Origin: Candidatus Latescibacterota bacterium
GTDB taxonomy: Bacteria > Latescibacterota > UBA2968
Direction: 5' to 3'
Assembly: GCA_965116885.1 (NCBI GenBank)
Contig: OZ220741.1
Span: 1,056,001 to 1,120,000, forward strand
Length of the DNA: 64,000 bases
The notes under the pieces were generated by a model. The model ran no database searches and was not told the DNA's origin. It saw only the letters and a list, made by a program, of their open reading frames with translations. Numbering within the stretch: position 1 is the stretch's first letter; every line of letters starts with the position of its first letter. Both the position numbers and the translations under genes were made by a program. Below, one piece after another: positions 29,598 through 38,833 of the stretch.

Positions 29598-31175
29598 ATG
29601 AAAAAAAAACGCCGACAAAAAACGACCTCTACGTCCTTCGACCTCGCGCAATACGAACGCAAACCCTATTTTCTCGCCGCGCTTGGCCTGTGCGGATTGC
29701 TCATGGGCATTCTCCTCTTCGACGCCAACCTCTCCCTCACCGGCGACAACGCCCAATTCATCAACCTGGGTCGCTCTCTTGCAGAAGGGCATGGACTCTC
29801 GGAAACCATCGAAGGCGAACCCATCCCACACACCAAATACCCCTTTGGATTTCCGCTCCTCCTCGCCATTGTCCACATCCTCTTCCCCGCCAACCTCATC
29901 GCACTCAAAAGCCTCGTCGTCCTCCTCTACGCCATCTCGATCCCACTCACCTATCTCCTCATCCGCCGCTTTGCGCCTCCTCCCATGGCACTCGGCACAA
30001 GCGCGCTATGTCTCGCCTCTCCCCTCCTGTTGGATTACTCACACCAGGTCATGTCCGAAATTCCTTTTCTCCTATTTTCTCTCATCGCACTCCTCCTCCT
30101 CCACCGCGCACACAGTAACTCATCCACGAAGGTCACAAAGGACACGAAGGGGAAAAAACCTTTTCTTTTTCGTGTTTCTTTATGTTCGCTCCTTCTCGCA
30201 ATCATCGCCATCATCGCAGCCTACTACATCCGCAGCGCGGGCATCATCCTCATCGGCACCGGCATACTCTATTTTGCCCTGCACAAAAAATGGAAAGAAG
30301 CGGGCATCATCGCCACGGGCAGTCTCCTCCTCGCCCTGCCCTGGCAAATCCGCAACGCATCACTCGGTGGCACCCCCTATATCAAACAACTCCTCAGCAT
30401 AAACCCCTATCGTCCGGAAGAAGGCGCGCTCACATTCACCACGCTAATCGAACGCATCATTGTAAATCTCGAACTCTACGGCCTGCAAATCATCCCCTAC
30501 ATCTTCCTGCCCAGCTTTATCGACACCCACTACTTTGTCGGATCCGTCTTCTCCGCCCTGATCCTCTACGCCCTGATCGCCGGACTCATAAAACGGCACT
30601 TGCTCATCGTATATCTCACCTGCTATCTGACCCTCTACATCCTCTGGCCCGATATATGGACTGACACGCGCTTTCTCATCCCGGTCATCCCCATCCTTTT
30701 CTACACCATCCTCACCAGCCTGGACGAACTCCTCCACCTTCTCGCCCGAGCACTAAAAAAAACCGCCTCGCGCGCGGGTGTCGTATTCTTCTTTCTCTTT
30801 CTCCTCGGCTCAAATATCTTCGAGACCAACAACCTCGCCAAATACACCGGACAGTTACCTCTCGACTGGGCCAATTACTTTATCGCTGCAGAATGGATCG
30901 GAAAAAACACCGAACCCGATGTCAAAATCGCCTGCCGCAAGCCCTATCTCATGAACGCGATTGCCAACCGCAAAGCCACGAGCTACGCCTGGAAAACCCC
31001 GGATCAAGTCATTGCCGACTTTGAAAAAAACAGCATCGAAATCGTCGTTGTCGATCAGCTCGGATTCAGATCCACACCCGAATTTCTCATCCCCGCCATT
31101 GAGGCGTATAAAAATCGCTTTGAAATCATTCACATCGTACGCAATCCCGACACCTACGTCTTGACATTCAAATGA
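29598..31175 (+). CDS. GT-C (ArnT/GT39-like) membrane glycosyltransferase
   Basis: LTGDNAQFINLGRSL, KYPFGFP, VMSEIPF, RFLIPVIP; ATG at 29598 preferred to the 29328 start. Confidence 0.78.
   Translation: MKKKRRQKTTSTSFDLAQYERKPYFLAALGLCGLLMGILLFDANLSLTGDNAQFINLGRSLAEGHGLSETIEGEPIPHTKYPFGFPLLLAIVHILFPANLIALKSLVVLLYAISIPLTYLLIRRFAPPPMALGTSALCLASPLLLDYSHQVMSEIPFLLFSLIALLLLHRAHSNSSTKVTKDTKGKKPFLFRVSLCSLLLAIIAIIAAYYIRSAGIILIGTGILYFALHKKWKEAGIIATGSLLLALPWQIRNASLGGTPYIKQLLSINPYRPEEGALTFTTLIERIIVNLELYGLQIIPYIFLPSFIDTHYFVGSVFSALILYALIAGLIKRHLLIVYLTCYLTLYILWPDIWTDTRFLIPVIPILFYTILTSLDELLHLLARALKKTASRAGVVFFFLFLLGSNIFETNNLAKYTGQLPLDWANYFIAAEWIGKNTEPDVKIACRKPYLMNAIANRKATSYAWKTPDQVIADFEKNSIEIVVVDQLGFRSTPEFLIPAIEAYKNRFEIIHIVRNPDTYVLTFK
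30125..30188 (+). repeat. Degenerate 9-bp-periodic palindromic repeat in frame inside the GT-C gene
   Basis: cacgaaggt-cacaaagga-cacgaaggg ... ttcgtgtttctttatgttcg. Confidence 0.55.
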
Positions 31176-32173
31176 CCACCCGAGAAAAAATACTCATCTT
31201 CCGCCCCGATCACATCGGCGACCTGCTGCTCACCACGCCAGCGCTCTACGCCCTTCGCAAAGCAAAACCACACGCACACATCGGCATCCTCGTCAGTTCC
31301 TGGTCATCCCCGATCCTATCGGGAAACCCGGACATCGACGACATATTGATCTGCGACCTCCCCTGGCTCGACCGCGGTGAAAATCCCTCCTATCTACCGC
31401 TCTTGCCAATCATCCACCAGATCAGATCACAGCAATACGACCACATACTCAACTTTCGCATCGCCGCAAAAGCCGCCGCATTCTCTCGCCTGCTCGGCAC
31501 CAAAGAACGCTGGGGATTTGACGTCTTAAAATCGCGCTGGGCCTGGACACATGCCGTCCCTTATAATCCCAACCAGCATGTCGTAGATAACTACATGACC
31601 CTTGCGCGTGCATATACCCGCAGCGAAGACACACCCGTAAACTTCCGCATCTTTCCCGAAACAGCCGACCTGTCCGGCATTGACGAATTTATGCACAACA
31701 GCCCACCTGCCATTGTCCTCGGTGTCACATCTGGTCGCCCCGACAAATCCTGGCTCCCCGACCGCTGGGCAAAAGTTGCCGATCACATCGCCAAAGACGG
31801 CTTTCGCATCCTCCTCAACGGCGGACCCACAGAAGAAACAGACGTTCAGATGGTACAATCGCTCATGCACCATCCCGCAGAAAATCTCGTCGGTCGCTTT
31901 TCGCTGCTTCAATTCGCCGGACTGCTCAAACGCTGTGCTGCCATCATCACACTCGACTCATTTCCCATGCACCTCGCAGCGGCCCTCGGCATCCCAACCA
32001 TCGCGCTCTTTGGCGCCAACAGCAGCACATTGTGGGGACCCTATCCGGGCAACTACCCCCGCATCATCGTTGAACCGCCACCCGAAATTCCTCGAAACGC
32101 CCAGGCCATGAAATGGATCCAAACCTCACACGTCATAGACGCTTATAACCGCCTCAACCTCCAACAACAATAG
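31172..32173 (+). CDS. Glycosyltransferase family 9 (ADP-heptose heptosyltransferase-like)
   Basis: RPDHIGDLLLTTP, KSW, LDSFPMHLAAALGIPTIALFG. Confidence 0.9.
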   Translation: MTTREKILIFRPDHIGDLLLTTPALYALRKAKPHAHIGILVSSWSSPILSGNPDIDDILICDLPWLDRGENPSYLPLLPIIHQIRSQQYDHILNFRIAAKAAAFSRLLGTKERWGFDVLKSRWAWTHAVPYNPNQHVVDNYMTLARAYTRSEDTPVNFRIFPETADLSGIDEFMHNSPPAIVLGVTSGRPDKSWLPDRWAKVADHIAKDGFRILLNGGPTEETDVQMVQSLMHHPAENLVGRFSLLQFAGLLKRCAAIITLDSFPMHLAAALGIPTIALFGANSSTLWGPYPGNYPRIIVEPPPEIPRNAQAMKWIQTSHVIDAYNRLNLQQQ

Positions 32174-32250
32174 TTCCCATTTGTAAAAAAACGCGCCCTT
32201 TGCTATCTTTGTCATAATTCTAATCTTCTAACCTCAACAACACGCGCCCC

Positions 32251-33180
32251 ATGCCCGACCTCAGCCTCGTCATACCCCTGCTCAACGAAGAAGAAAGCCT
32301 GCGCCCGCTCATGGAACAAATCCGCGGCGTGCTCTCTACCCAGAACCGCACCTACGAAGTCATCTTCATCGACGATGGCAGCACCGACGGGTCAATCGCC
32401 GTATTGGAAGACTTGCACAACACCTATCCCGAAGTCAAAGTCATCCAATTTCGGCGCAACTTTGGCAAAGCCGCGGCTTATACCGCCGGATTTCAACGCG
32501 CACGCGGCACATACATCATCACCATGGACGCCGACCTGCAAGACGACCCGGCAGAAATCCCCAATCTCCTGTCCAAAATCGAAGAAGGCTATGACCTCGT
32601 CTCTGGATGGAAGAAAAAACGCTTTGACCCCCTGGGCAAAACCCTGCCCTCCAAATTCTTCAACTGGGTCACGGGCTTTGTATCGGGCATAGACATACAC
32701 GACTTTAACTGCGGCCTCAAAATCTACCGCAGCGAAGTCACAAAAGACATACGCGTACTCGGCGAACTCCACCGCTACATCCCCGTACTCGCCCACCTGG
32801 AAGGGTATCGCATCGGTGAAATCCCCGTCCAGCACCACCCGCGACAATACGGCGTAACCAAATACGGCTGGGGGCGCCTGCTCAAAGGCTTCTTTGACCT
32901 TCTCACCGTCATGTACATCGGCAAATACATGGGCCGGCCCCTCCACCTCTTTGGCACAGTGGGCCTCATCTTTGGCATCACGGGCATGCTCATCAACGCA
33001 TACATCGCATCCCTCTGGTTCCAAACCGGCACCATTCAATACCGGTATCCCCTGCTCATGCTCGGGGTTTTCCTCACCGTACTCGGCGTGCAATTCATCT
33101 GCACGGGCCTGCTCGCCGACATGCTGACCCGGGGTCCCCAGCCCAGTGAAAAATTCAACATTCGAAAAATTTTGGAATAA
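32251..33180 (+). CDS. GT2 polyprenol-phosphate glycosyltransferase (ArnC-like)
   Basis: PLLNEEE, DDGSTD, RRNFGK, DADLQDDP, HDFNCGLK, GELHRYIP. Confidence 0.92.
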   Translation: MPDLSLVIPLLNEEESLRPLMEQIRGVLSTQNRTYEVIFIDDGSTDGSIAVLEDLHNTYPEVKVIQFRRNFGKAAAYTAGFQRARGTYIITMDADLQDDPAEIPNLLSKIEEGYDLVSGWKKKRFDPLGKTLPSKFFNWVTGFVSGIDIHDFNCGLKIYRSEVTKDIRVLGELHRYIPVLAHLEGYRIGEIPVQHHPRQYGVTKYGWGRLLKGFFDLLTVMYIGKYMGRPLHLFGTVGLIFGITGMLINAYIASLWFQTGTIQYRYPLLMLGVFLTVLGVQFICTGLLADMLTRGPQPSEKFNIRKILE

Positions 33181-34305
33181 ATGACCACCAAAAACATCCT
33201 CGTCACCGGCGGCATGGGATTCGTCGGCTCCTACCTCGTCGATGAACTCGTACAGCGCGGACACCGCGTCCGCATCTACGACAACCTGGACCCTCAGGTA
33301 CACCCCAACCGCGAATTGCCGGACTACGCCAACCCCTATGCCGAATTTATCCAGGCCGACATCCGCGATCGCGACGCCTTAAAAAAAGCCCTTCACGGCA
33401 TTGAAATCATCTTCCACAAAGCCGCCGCTGTCGGTGTGGGACAATCGCAATACGAAATCAAAAAATACGTTGACGTCAACACCGGCGGCACCGCGAACCT
33501 GCTCGACATCCTCGTCAACGACAAACACAACATAGAAAAACTCATCGTCGCAGCCTCGCAAACCAGCTACGGCGAGGGCCGCTACACATGTGCAGAACAC
33601 GGTACACAACACCCGGGTCTCCGCCCAGAAAACCAGCTAAAAAATGCCCACTGGGAACACAGGTGTCCCATATGCAACCATGACATGCCCCCGGCACCTG
33701 TACCCGAAGACTCCGAACGCATCTGCCATACCATCTACGCACAAACCAAAACGCATCAAGAAGACATGGTCCTCAACATAGGCCGCGCGTACAAAATCCC
33801 CTCAATAGCCCTGCGCTACTTCAACATCTTCGGACCCCGGCAATCGCTCTCCAACCCCTACACGGGGGTAACCGCCATCTTCATGAGCCGCCTCAAAAAC
33901 AACAAACGCCCCGTCATCTACGAAGACGGCAAACAATCGCGCGACTTCATCTCCGTCCACGACATCGTAAGGGCCAACATCCTCGCCATGGAAAAATCCG
34001 AAGGAGATTATCAGGCCTTCAACGTCGGCAGTGGAATCGGCACATCCATCGAACACATCGCCCTGACCCTGTCCAACATCCTGGGCACGGAACACCTCGC
34101 GCCCCACATCCCCGGCACCTATCGCCAGGGCGACACCCGCCACAGCATTGCCGACATCTCCCACATAAAAAAAACACTGGGCTTTGTGCCCAGTGTCAGT
34201 TTTCAACACGGCATGGAAGAACTCGTCGAATGGGGGCGAAACCGCGAAGCCACAGACGGCTTTGCAAAAGCGCAAAACGCACTACAGCAAAGAGGTTTAA
34301 TTTAA
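33181..34305 (+). CDS. NAD-dependent epimerase/dehydratase with Cys/His insert
   Basis: TGGMGFVGS, YAQTK, LRYFNIFGPRQSLSNPYTGV, RDF; insert CAEH...CPIC. Confidence 0.9.
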   Translation: MTTKNILVTGGMGFVGSYLVDELVQRGHRVRIYDNLDPQVHPNRELPDYANPYAEFIQADIRDRDALKKALHGIEIIFHKAAAVGVGQSQYEIKKYVDVNTGGTANLLDILVNDKHNIEKLIVAASQTSYGEGRYTCAEHGTQHPGLRPENQLKNAHWEHRCPICNHDMPPAPVPEDSERICHTIYAQTKTHQEDMVLNIGRAYKIPSIALRYFNIFGPRQSLSNPYTGVTAIFMSRLKNNKRPVIYEDGKQSRDFISVHDIVRANILAMEKSEGDYQAFNVGSGIGTSIEHIALTLSNILGTEHLAPHIPGTYRQGDTRHSIADISHIKKTLGFVPSVSFQHGMEELVEWGRNREATDGFAKAQNALQQRGLI

Positions 34306-34463
34306 ACCGGAACAAATTCACGAGCGGGAACCCGTTCCCGTATCTCGTGATCCCAGCGCAGCATTGTCCGAATCTTCTCAGATCGGTCAACATCACCGTG
34401 AATCGCATAATACAGTGCGCGATACGCCATGTGGTCGCGTTTTTCCAGATCGATGCGCGTCAT
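34302..34463 (-). CDS. Unannotated 53-aa protein
   Basis: MTRIDLEKRDHMAYRALYYAIHGDVDRSEKIRTMLRWDHEIRERVPAREFVPV*; RBS AAGGAG (34471-76) 7 nt upstream; sigma54 promoter upstream. Confidence 0.7.
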   Translation of the reverse strand: MTRIDLEKRDHMAYRALYYAIHGDVDRSEKIRTMLRWDHEIRERVPAREFVPV

Positions 34464-34520
34464 ATCATTTCTCCTTCTATGGGTGACAGTATTTCGGTAT
34501 CTTCAGGTATCTTTATCTAA

Positions 34521-34536
34521 AGCAAATCCCGTGCCA
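34521..34536 (-). promoter_or_regulatory. Sigma54 -24/-12 promoter
   Basis: TGGCACGGGATTTGCT matches consensus TGGCACG-N4-TTGCW. Confidence 0.8.
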
Positions 34537-34622
34537 CTTTTACTATTTTTTTATAATATTTTATTTAATACCTGATTTTACAGAACTTATCCGAAAACGC
34601 TCATATATAGCTAAAAAATTCA

Positions 34623-34658
34623 TGTGGCAAAAATGGAACATTATGGTCAAAATGACCA
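34623..34658. promoter_or_regulatory. Candidate enhancer (UAS) pair
   Basis: Palindrome tggtca-aaa-tgacca at 34644-58 plus a related copy 19 bp earlier, ~110-150 bp upstream of the predicted start site across an AT-rich tract. Confidence 0.45.
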
Positions 34659-34691
34659 CCTGTAATCCCACAAATTGGCACATTTTTTTCT

Positions 34692-36722
34692 ATGGCATTT
34701 GAAAACGAAACAGATCGGATGCTCGACAATAAGTGGATATTCCCGACTTATATCGTCTTAATGGGCATCCTCGCATGCATCGCCTATGGTCATCTGCTCA
34801 ACCATCCGTTTGGCACCGATGATTTTGAGCATATAGCCGATGTTGAAGCGATCCTGGAAGACCCAACACGCCTATTTTCGCCTGAACATCATTATCACGG
34901 CAGACCTTTGGTCGATATCGTACTTTTGATCGGATATGTTTTATGGGGCAAAAATCCTGGGGCGTATCACGCTCTGACAATCACCCTCCATTTTTTGGTC
35001 AGCCTGCGGCTGGTTCAGACATTCAGGCTCTTTGGCGCGAGCACACCTGTGAGCATGTTGGCAGGTGCATTTTTTTTCTTATATGCAGCGAATTTTGAGA
35101 CCATGCAGTGGATAGCTGCTTCGGCCTATATCCTTGCTCTGATCTTTGCATTGGAAGTTTTGCGCGTATATAAAAACGTACCTTTATCGCGTCCTCAAAT
35201 GTTGCTTGCTGCCCTCTATATACTCCTGGGTATTCTGGCACAACCAGCGTCAGTATTTGTTCTCGGCGTCTGCGTCTATATTGCCTATACACGCACGAAA
35301 TCGCTGTCCGAAACAATTTTCAGCACACTACCTTCTGTGTTGGCGGGGTTTATAGGTGTTGGATGCGTGTATGTGTTTTACGCGAGTTCACCACAGGTTG
35401 AACAATGGTCAATGAATACGGATATAAGTTCCTATTTCCAGCATTTGGGATACCTCATTTTATGGGCTTTTTATTTCCCTATGCACCTGACAATAGGCCA
35501 GGAGGGCGTGTTGACACCTACGACCTATGCTTTAATCGCCGGTATATCCTTCGCTTTAATTTTGTTCTTTCTTATTTTTTTTAGAAAAACACCCGTTTCG
35601 ATCTGGTCCTTATGGACGCTTGCGGCACTCGTGCCCTTTTTTCCTAAATCGGCCCTCTATTCGCGTTACTTCTACTTCGCATCAGCGGGCTCGGCATTTG
35701 TGCTTGCTTATTTTTTTATTTTTTTGTGGACTGCAGCATTTAAAAAAATATCCCGGCCCCTTGCTTATACAATCGGGATAGTGATTCTCGCCATTTTAGT
35801 TTCATCAAGCATTTTTACCCACAAACGAGCAGAAGCCATTGCACTCTACTTTGCGGGCAGAGCACATATCGCCCGTGAGTTTTATAAAGATGGGATTGAG
35901 TTACTCACCCGTGCACTACAAAAAAATGCCCAGGGCATACCCATAGACGCTTATGAACGCCTATCGCTGACTTCATTTAATGAAGGAAAAAACCCAGGCC
36001 ACATTTTGCGCGAAGGGTTAAAACACTACCCCAACCATCCTCAACTTACCCCGGAACTCAATCTCTTGCTTGGGCTGTCTATGTATTTGGACGATACCCA
36101 AATCACAGAAGGCAAAGCACTTGTGCGAAAAATTTATGAATCTACTGAGAACAAATTGAGATTGCACAAAATTGCTGGCACCTGCCTGAACAACTTAGCC
36201 GGGTATTATTCAAACAACAAAAACTACGAAAAAGCTTTGTCCCTGTATCGGGAAGCCCTTGTTTTTCTCCCCAATCATTATAAGGCACATTTGAGACTCA
36301 TCGGAGTACTTTTCGAACTCAATCGCACCAATGAAGCCATTCAAGCTGCACGCCAGGCAATTGACAGGCATCCGAAAAATAAAGATATGGCGTTCCGTTT
36401 GTTCGCTATACTCTTTAACGCAAAACAATACGCTGAAGCCGAGAAGGTGTACCGCCATTATCTCACCCTTGATCCCCGGGCTATCAACCCACACTTCTAT
36501 CTCGGGGCCCTCGCATTGGCACAAGGACGTTATGAGGAAGCCATTGTTAAATTGCAACGCACCATAAAAGATGACCCTGCTGACACTGACGCACATCTAT
36601 ATCTGGCTCAGGCGCTCGAAAAGGTGGGCAAATCACAAGAGGCGGTGCAGGCCTACCGTCGGGTTCTTACTCTGGATCCACACAACAAATTCGCCAACGA
36701 CCGCCTCAAAGCCAACGAGTAG
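34692..36722 (+). CDS. TMTC-like GT-C membrane protein with TPRs, paralog 1
   Basis: DD motif in first loop (FGTDDF), GRPL, YH...LH, RYFY; about 11 TMs then TPRs. Confidence 0.78.
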   Translation: MAFENETDRMLDNKWIFPTYIVLMGILACIAYGHLLNHPFGTDDFEHIADVEAILEDPTRLFSPEHHYHGRPLVDIVLLIGYVLWGKNPGAYHALTITLHFLVSLRLVQTFRLFGASTPVSMLAGAFFFLYAANFETMQWIAASAYILALIFALEVLRVYKNVPLSRPQMLLAALYILLGILAQPASVFVLGVCVYIAYTRTKSLSETIFSTLPSVLAGFIGVGCVYVFYASSPQVEQWSMNTDISSYFQHLGYLILWAFYFPMHLTIGQEGVLTPTTYALIAGISFALILFFLIFFRKTPVSIWSLWTLAALVPFFPKSALYSRYFYFASAGSAFVLAYFFIFLWTAAFKKISRPLAYTIGIVILAILVSSSIFTHKRAEAIALYFAGRAHIAREFYKDGIELLTRALQKNAQGIPIDAYERLSLTSFNEGKNPGHILREGLKHYPNHPQLTPELNLLLGLSMYLDDTQITEGKALVRKIYESTENKLRLHKIAGTCLNNLAGYYSNNKNYEKALSLYREALVFLPNHYKAHLRLIGVLFELNRTNEAIQAARQAIDRHPKNKDMAFRLFAILFNAKQYAEAEKVYRHYLTLDPRAINPHFYLGALALAQGRYEEAIVKLQRTIKDDPADTDAHLYLAQALEKVGKSQEAVQAYRRVLTLDPHNKFANDRLKANE

Positions 36723-36731
36723 ATGAACCAC

Positions 36732-38768
36732 ATGGCACTTGAAAACGAAACAAATAGGATACTCAACAATAAGTGGATATTCCCGATCTACATCGTCTTA
36801 ATGGGCATCCTCGCATGCATCGCCTATAGTCATCTGCTTGACCATGCGTTTAGCACCGATGATTTTGAGCATATAGCCGATGTTGAAGCGATCCTGGAAG
36901 ACCCAACACGCCTATTTTCGCCTGAACATCATTATCACGGCAGACCTTTGGTCGATATTGTACTTTTGATCGGATATGTTTTATGGGGCAAAAATCCTGG
37001 GGCGTATCACGCTCTGACAATCACCCTCCATTTTTTGGTCAGCCTGCGGCTGGTTCAGACATTCAGGCTCTTTGGCGCGAGCACACCTGTTAGCCTGTTG
37101 GCAGGTATATTTTTTTTGATATATACAGCCAATTTTGAAACTGTGCAGCGGATAGCTACTTTGGCCTATATCCTTGCTCTGATCTTTGCATTGGAAGTTT
37201 TGCGCGTATATAAAACTGCACCTTTATCGCGTTTTCAAATGTTGCTTGCAGCATTCTACATGCTCTTGGGTATCCTGACACACCCAGCGTCAGTATTTGT
37301 TCTCGGCGTTTGTATCTATATTGCCTATATACGCACAGGGTCGCTTTCTGGGACAATTTTCAGCACAACACCTTCTGTGTTGGTGGGATTAATAGGTGCT
37401 GGATGTATGTATGTGTTTTACTCGAGTGCGCCACAGGTTGGAGAATGGTCAACAATTACGGATGTAAGTCGCTATTTCCAGCATTTGGGACACCTCATTT
37501 TATGGGCATTTTATTTACCCATAAGTGCAACAGACCTGGCGCATCCTGAATTTACGACCCTTGCTTTAATCCTCGGTATATCCTTCGCTTTAATTTTGTT
37601 CTTTCTTGTTGTGTGTAAAAAAACTCCCGTTTCAGTTTGGTCCTTATGGACGCTTACAGCACTCGTGCCTTTTTTTAGTAAATCGACTCTCGCCTGGCGT
37701 TATCTCTACTTCGCATCAGCGGGCTCGGCATTTGTACTTGCCTATTTTTTTATTTTTTTCTTTACCGCAGTTTTCAAAAAAATCTCCCGGCCTCTTGCTT
37801 ACACAACCGGGATAGCGATTCTCGCCATTTTACTTTCATCAAGCATTTTTGCCCACAAACGAGCAGAAGCCATTGCACTCTATTTTGCAGGCAGAGCACA
37901 TCTCGCCCGTGAGTTTTATGAAGATGGGATTGAGTTACTCACTCGTGCATTGAAAAAAAATGCCCAAGGCATTCCCGTAGATGCTTATAAACGCCTATCG
38001 CTGGCTTTATTTGGTGAAGGAAAAAATCCAGGCCACATTTTGCGCGAAGGGTTAAAACACTATCCCGACCATCCTCAACACACCCCGGAACTCAATCTCT
38101 TGCTCGGTCTGTCTATGTATTTGGACGATACTCAAATCACAGAAGGTAAAGCACTTGTGCGAAAGATTTATGAATCTTCCGCAAACAAAACGGAATTGAT
38201 CTCAATTGCGGGCTCCTCTCTGATCAACTTAGCCCTGTATTATTTGGCTAATAAAGACTACGAAAAAGCTTTGTCCATGTGCCGAGAAGCCCTGGCCTTT
38301 CAGCCCAATAATTACAAAGCACATTTTATGCTTGTACCACTACTCTTCAAACTCAATCGCATCAATGAGGCCATTCAAGCCACGCACCAGGCCATTGACT
38401 ATCTAAAAAATAAAGAAATGGCTCTATCTTTCTTCCTTATACTCACTGAAAAAGAACAATATGCTGAAGCCGAAAAAGTGTACCGCCATTATCTCGCCCT
38501 TGATCCCCAAGCTCCGAACGCACACTACAATCTGGGAACCCTCGCATTGGCACAGGGGCGCAATGAGGAAGCCATTGTGAATTTACAACGCGCAGTAAAA
38601 GATGATCCTGCTGACACTGATGCACATCTATATCTGGCTCAGGCGTTCGAAAAGGTGGGACAAACACAGGAGGCGATACGCGCCTATCGCCGGGTACTTG
38701 TTTTAGATCCGCACAACAAATTCGCCAACGACCGCGTCAAAGCCAACGAGACCAGGCCTACCCCGTAA
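36732..38768 (+). CDS. TMTC-like GT-C membrane protein with TPRs, paralog 2
   Basis: Tandem duplicate (MALENET vs MAFENET; FSTDDF); alternative start at 36723. Confidence 0.78.
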   Translation: MALENETNRILNNKWIFPIYIVLMGILACIAYSHLLDHAFSTDDFEHIADVEAILEDPTRLFSPEHHYHGRPLVDIVLLIGYVLWGKNPGAYHALTITLHFLVSLRLVQTFRLFGASTPVSLLAGIFFLIYTANFETVQRIATLAYILALIFALEVLRVYKTAPLSRFQMLLAAFYMLLGILTHPASVFVLGVCIYIAYIRTGSLSGTIFSTTPSVLVGLIGAGCMYVFYSSAPQVGEWSTITDVSRYFQHLGHLILWAFYLPISATDLAHPEFTTLALILGISFALILFFLVVCKKTPVSVWSLWTLTALVPFFSKSTLAWRYLYFASAGSAFVLAYFFIFFFTAVFKKISRPLAYTTGIAILAILLSSSIFAHKRAEAIALYFAGRAHLAREFYEDGIELLTRALKKNAQGIPVDAYKRLSLALFGEGKNPGHILREGLKHYPDHPQHTPELNLLLGLSMYLDDTQITEGKALVRKIYESSANKTELISIAGSSLINLALYYLANKDYEKALSMCREALAFQPNNYKAHFMLVPLLFKLNRINEAIQATHQAIDYLKNKEMALSFFLILTEKEQYAEAEKVYRHYLALDPQAPNAHYNLGTLALAQGRNEEAIVNLQRAVKDDPADTDAHLYLAQAFEKVGQTQEAIRAYRRVLVLDPHNKFANDRVKANETRPTP

Positions 38769-38833
38769 TGTCTCTATACAGAGACCGTCCCTCACTTGTT
38801 TAACTAACCGCTTCTCTTAAGGAGTAACCCTTC

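Noticed and set aside
34676..34691. Sigma54 promoter for the TMTC-like gene (TGGCACATTTTTTTCT)
   Set aside because: The -12 element lacks the GC (TTTC) and abuts the ATG, leaving no room for a start site
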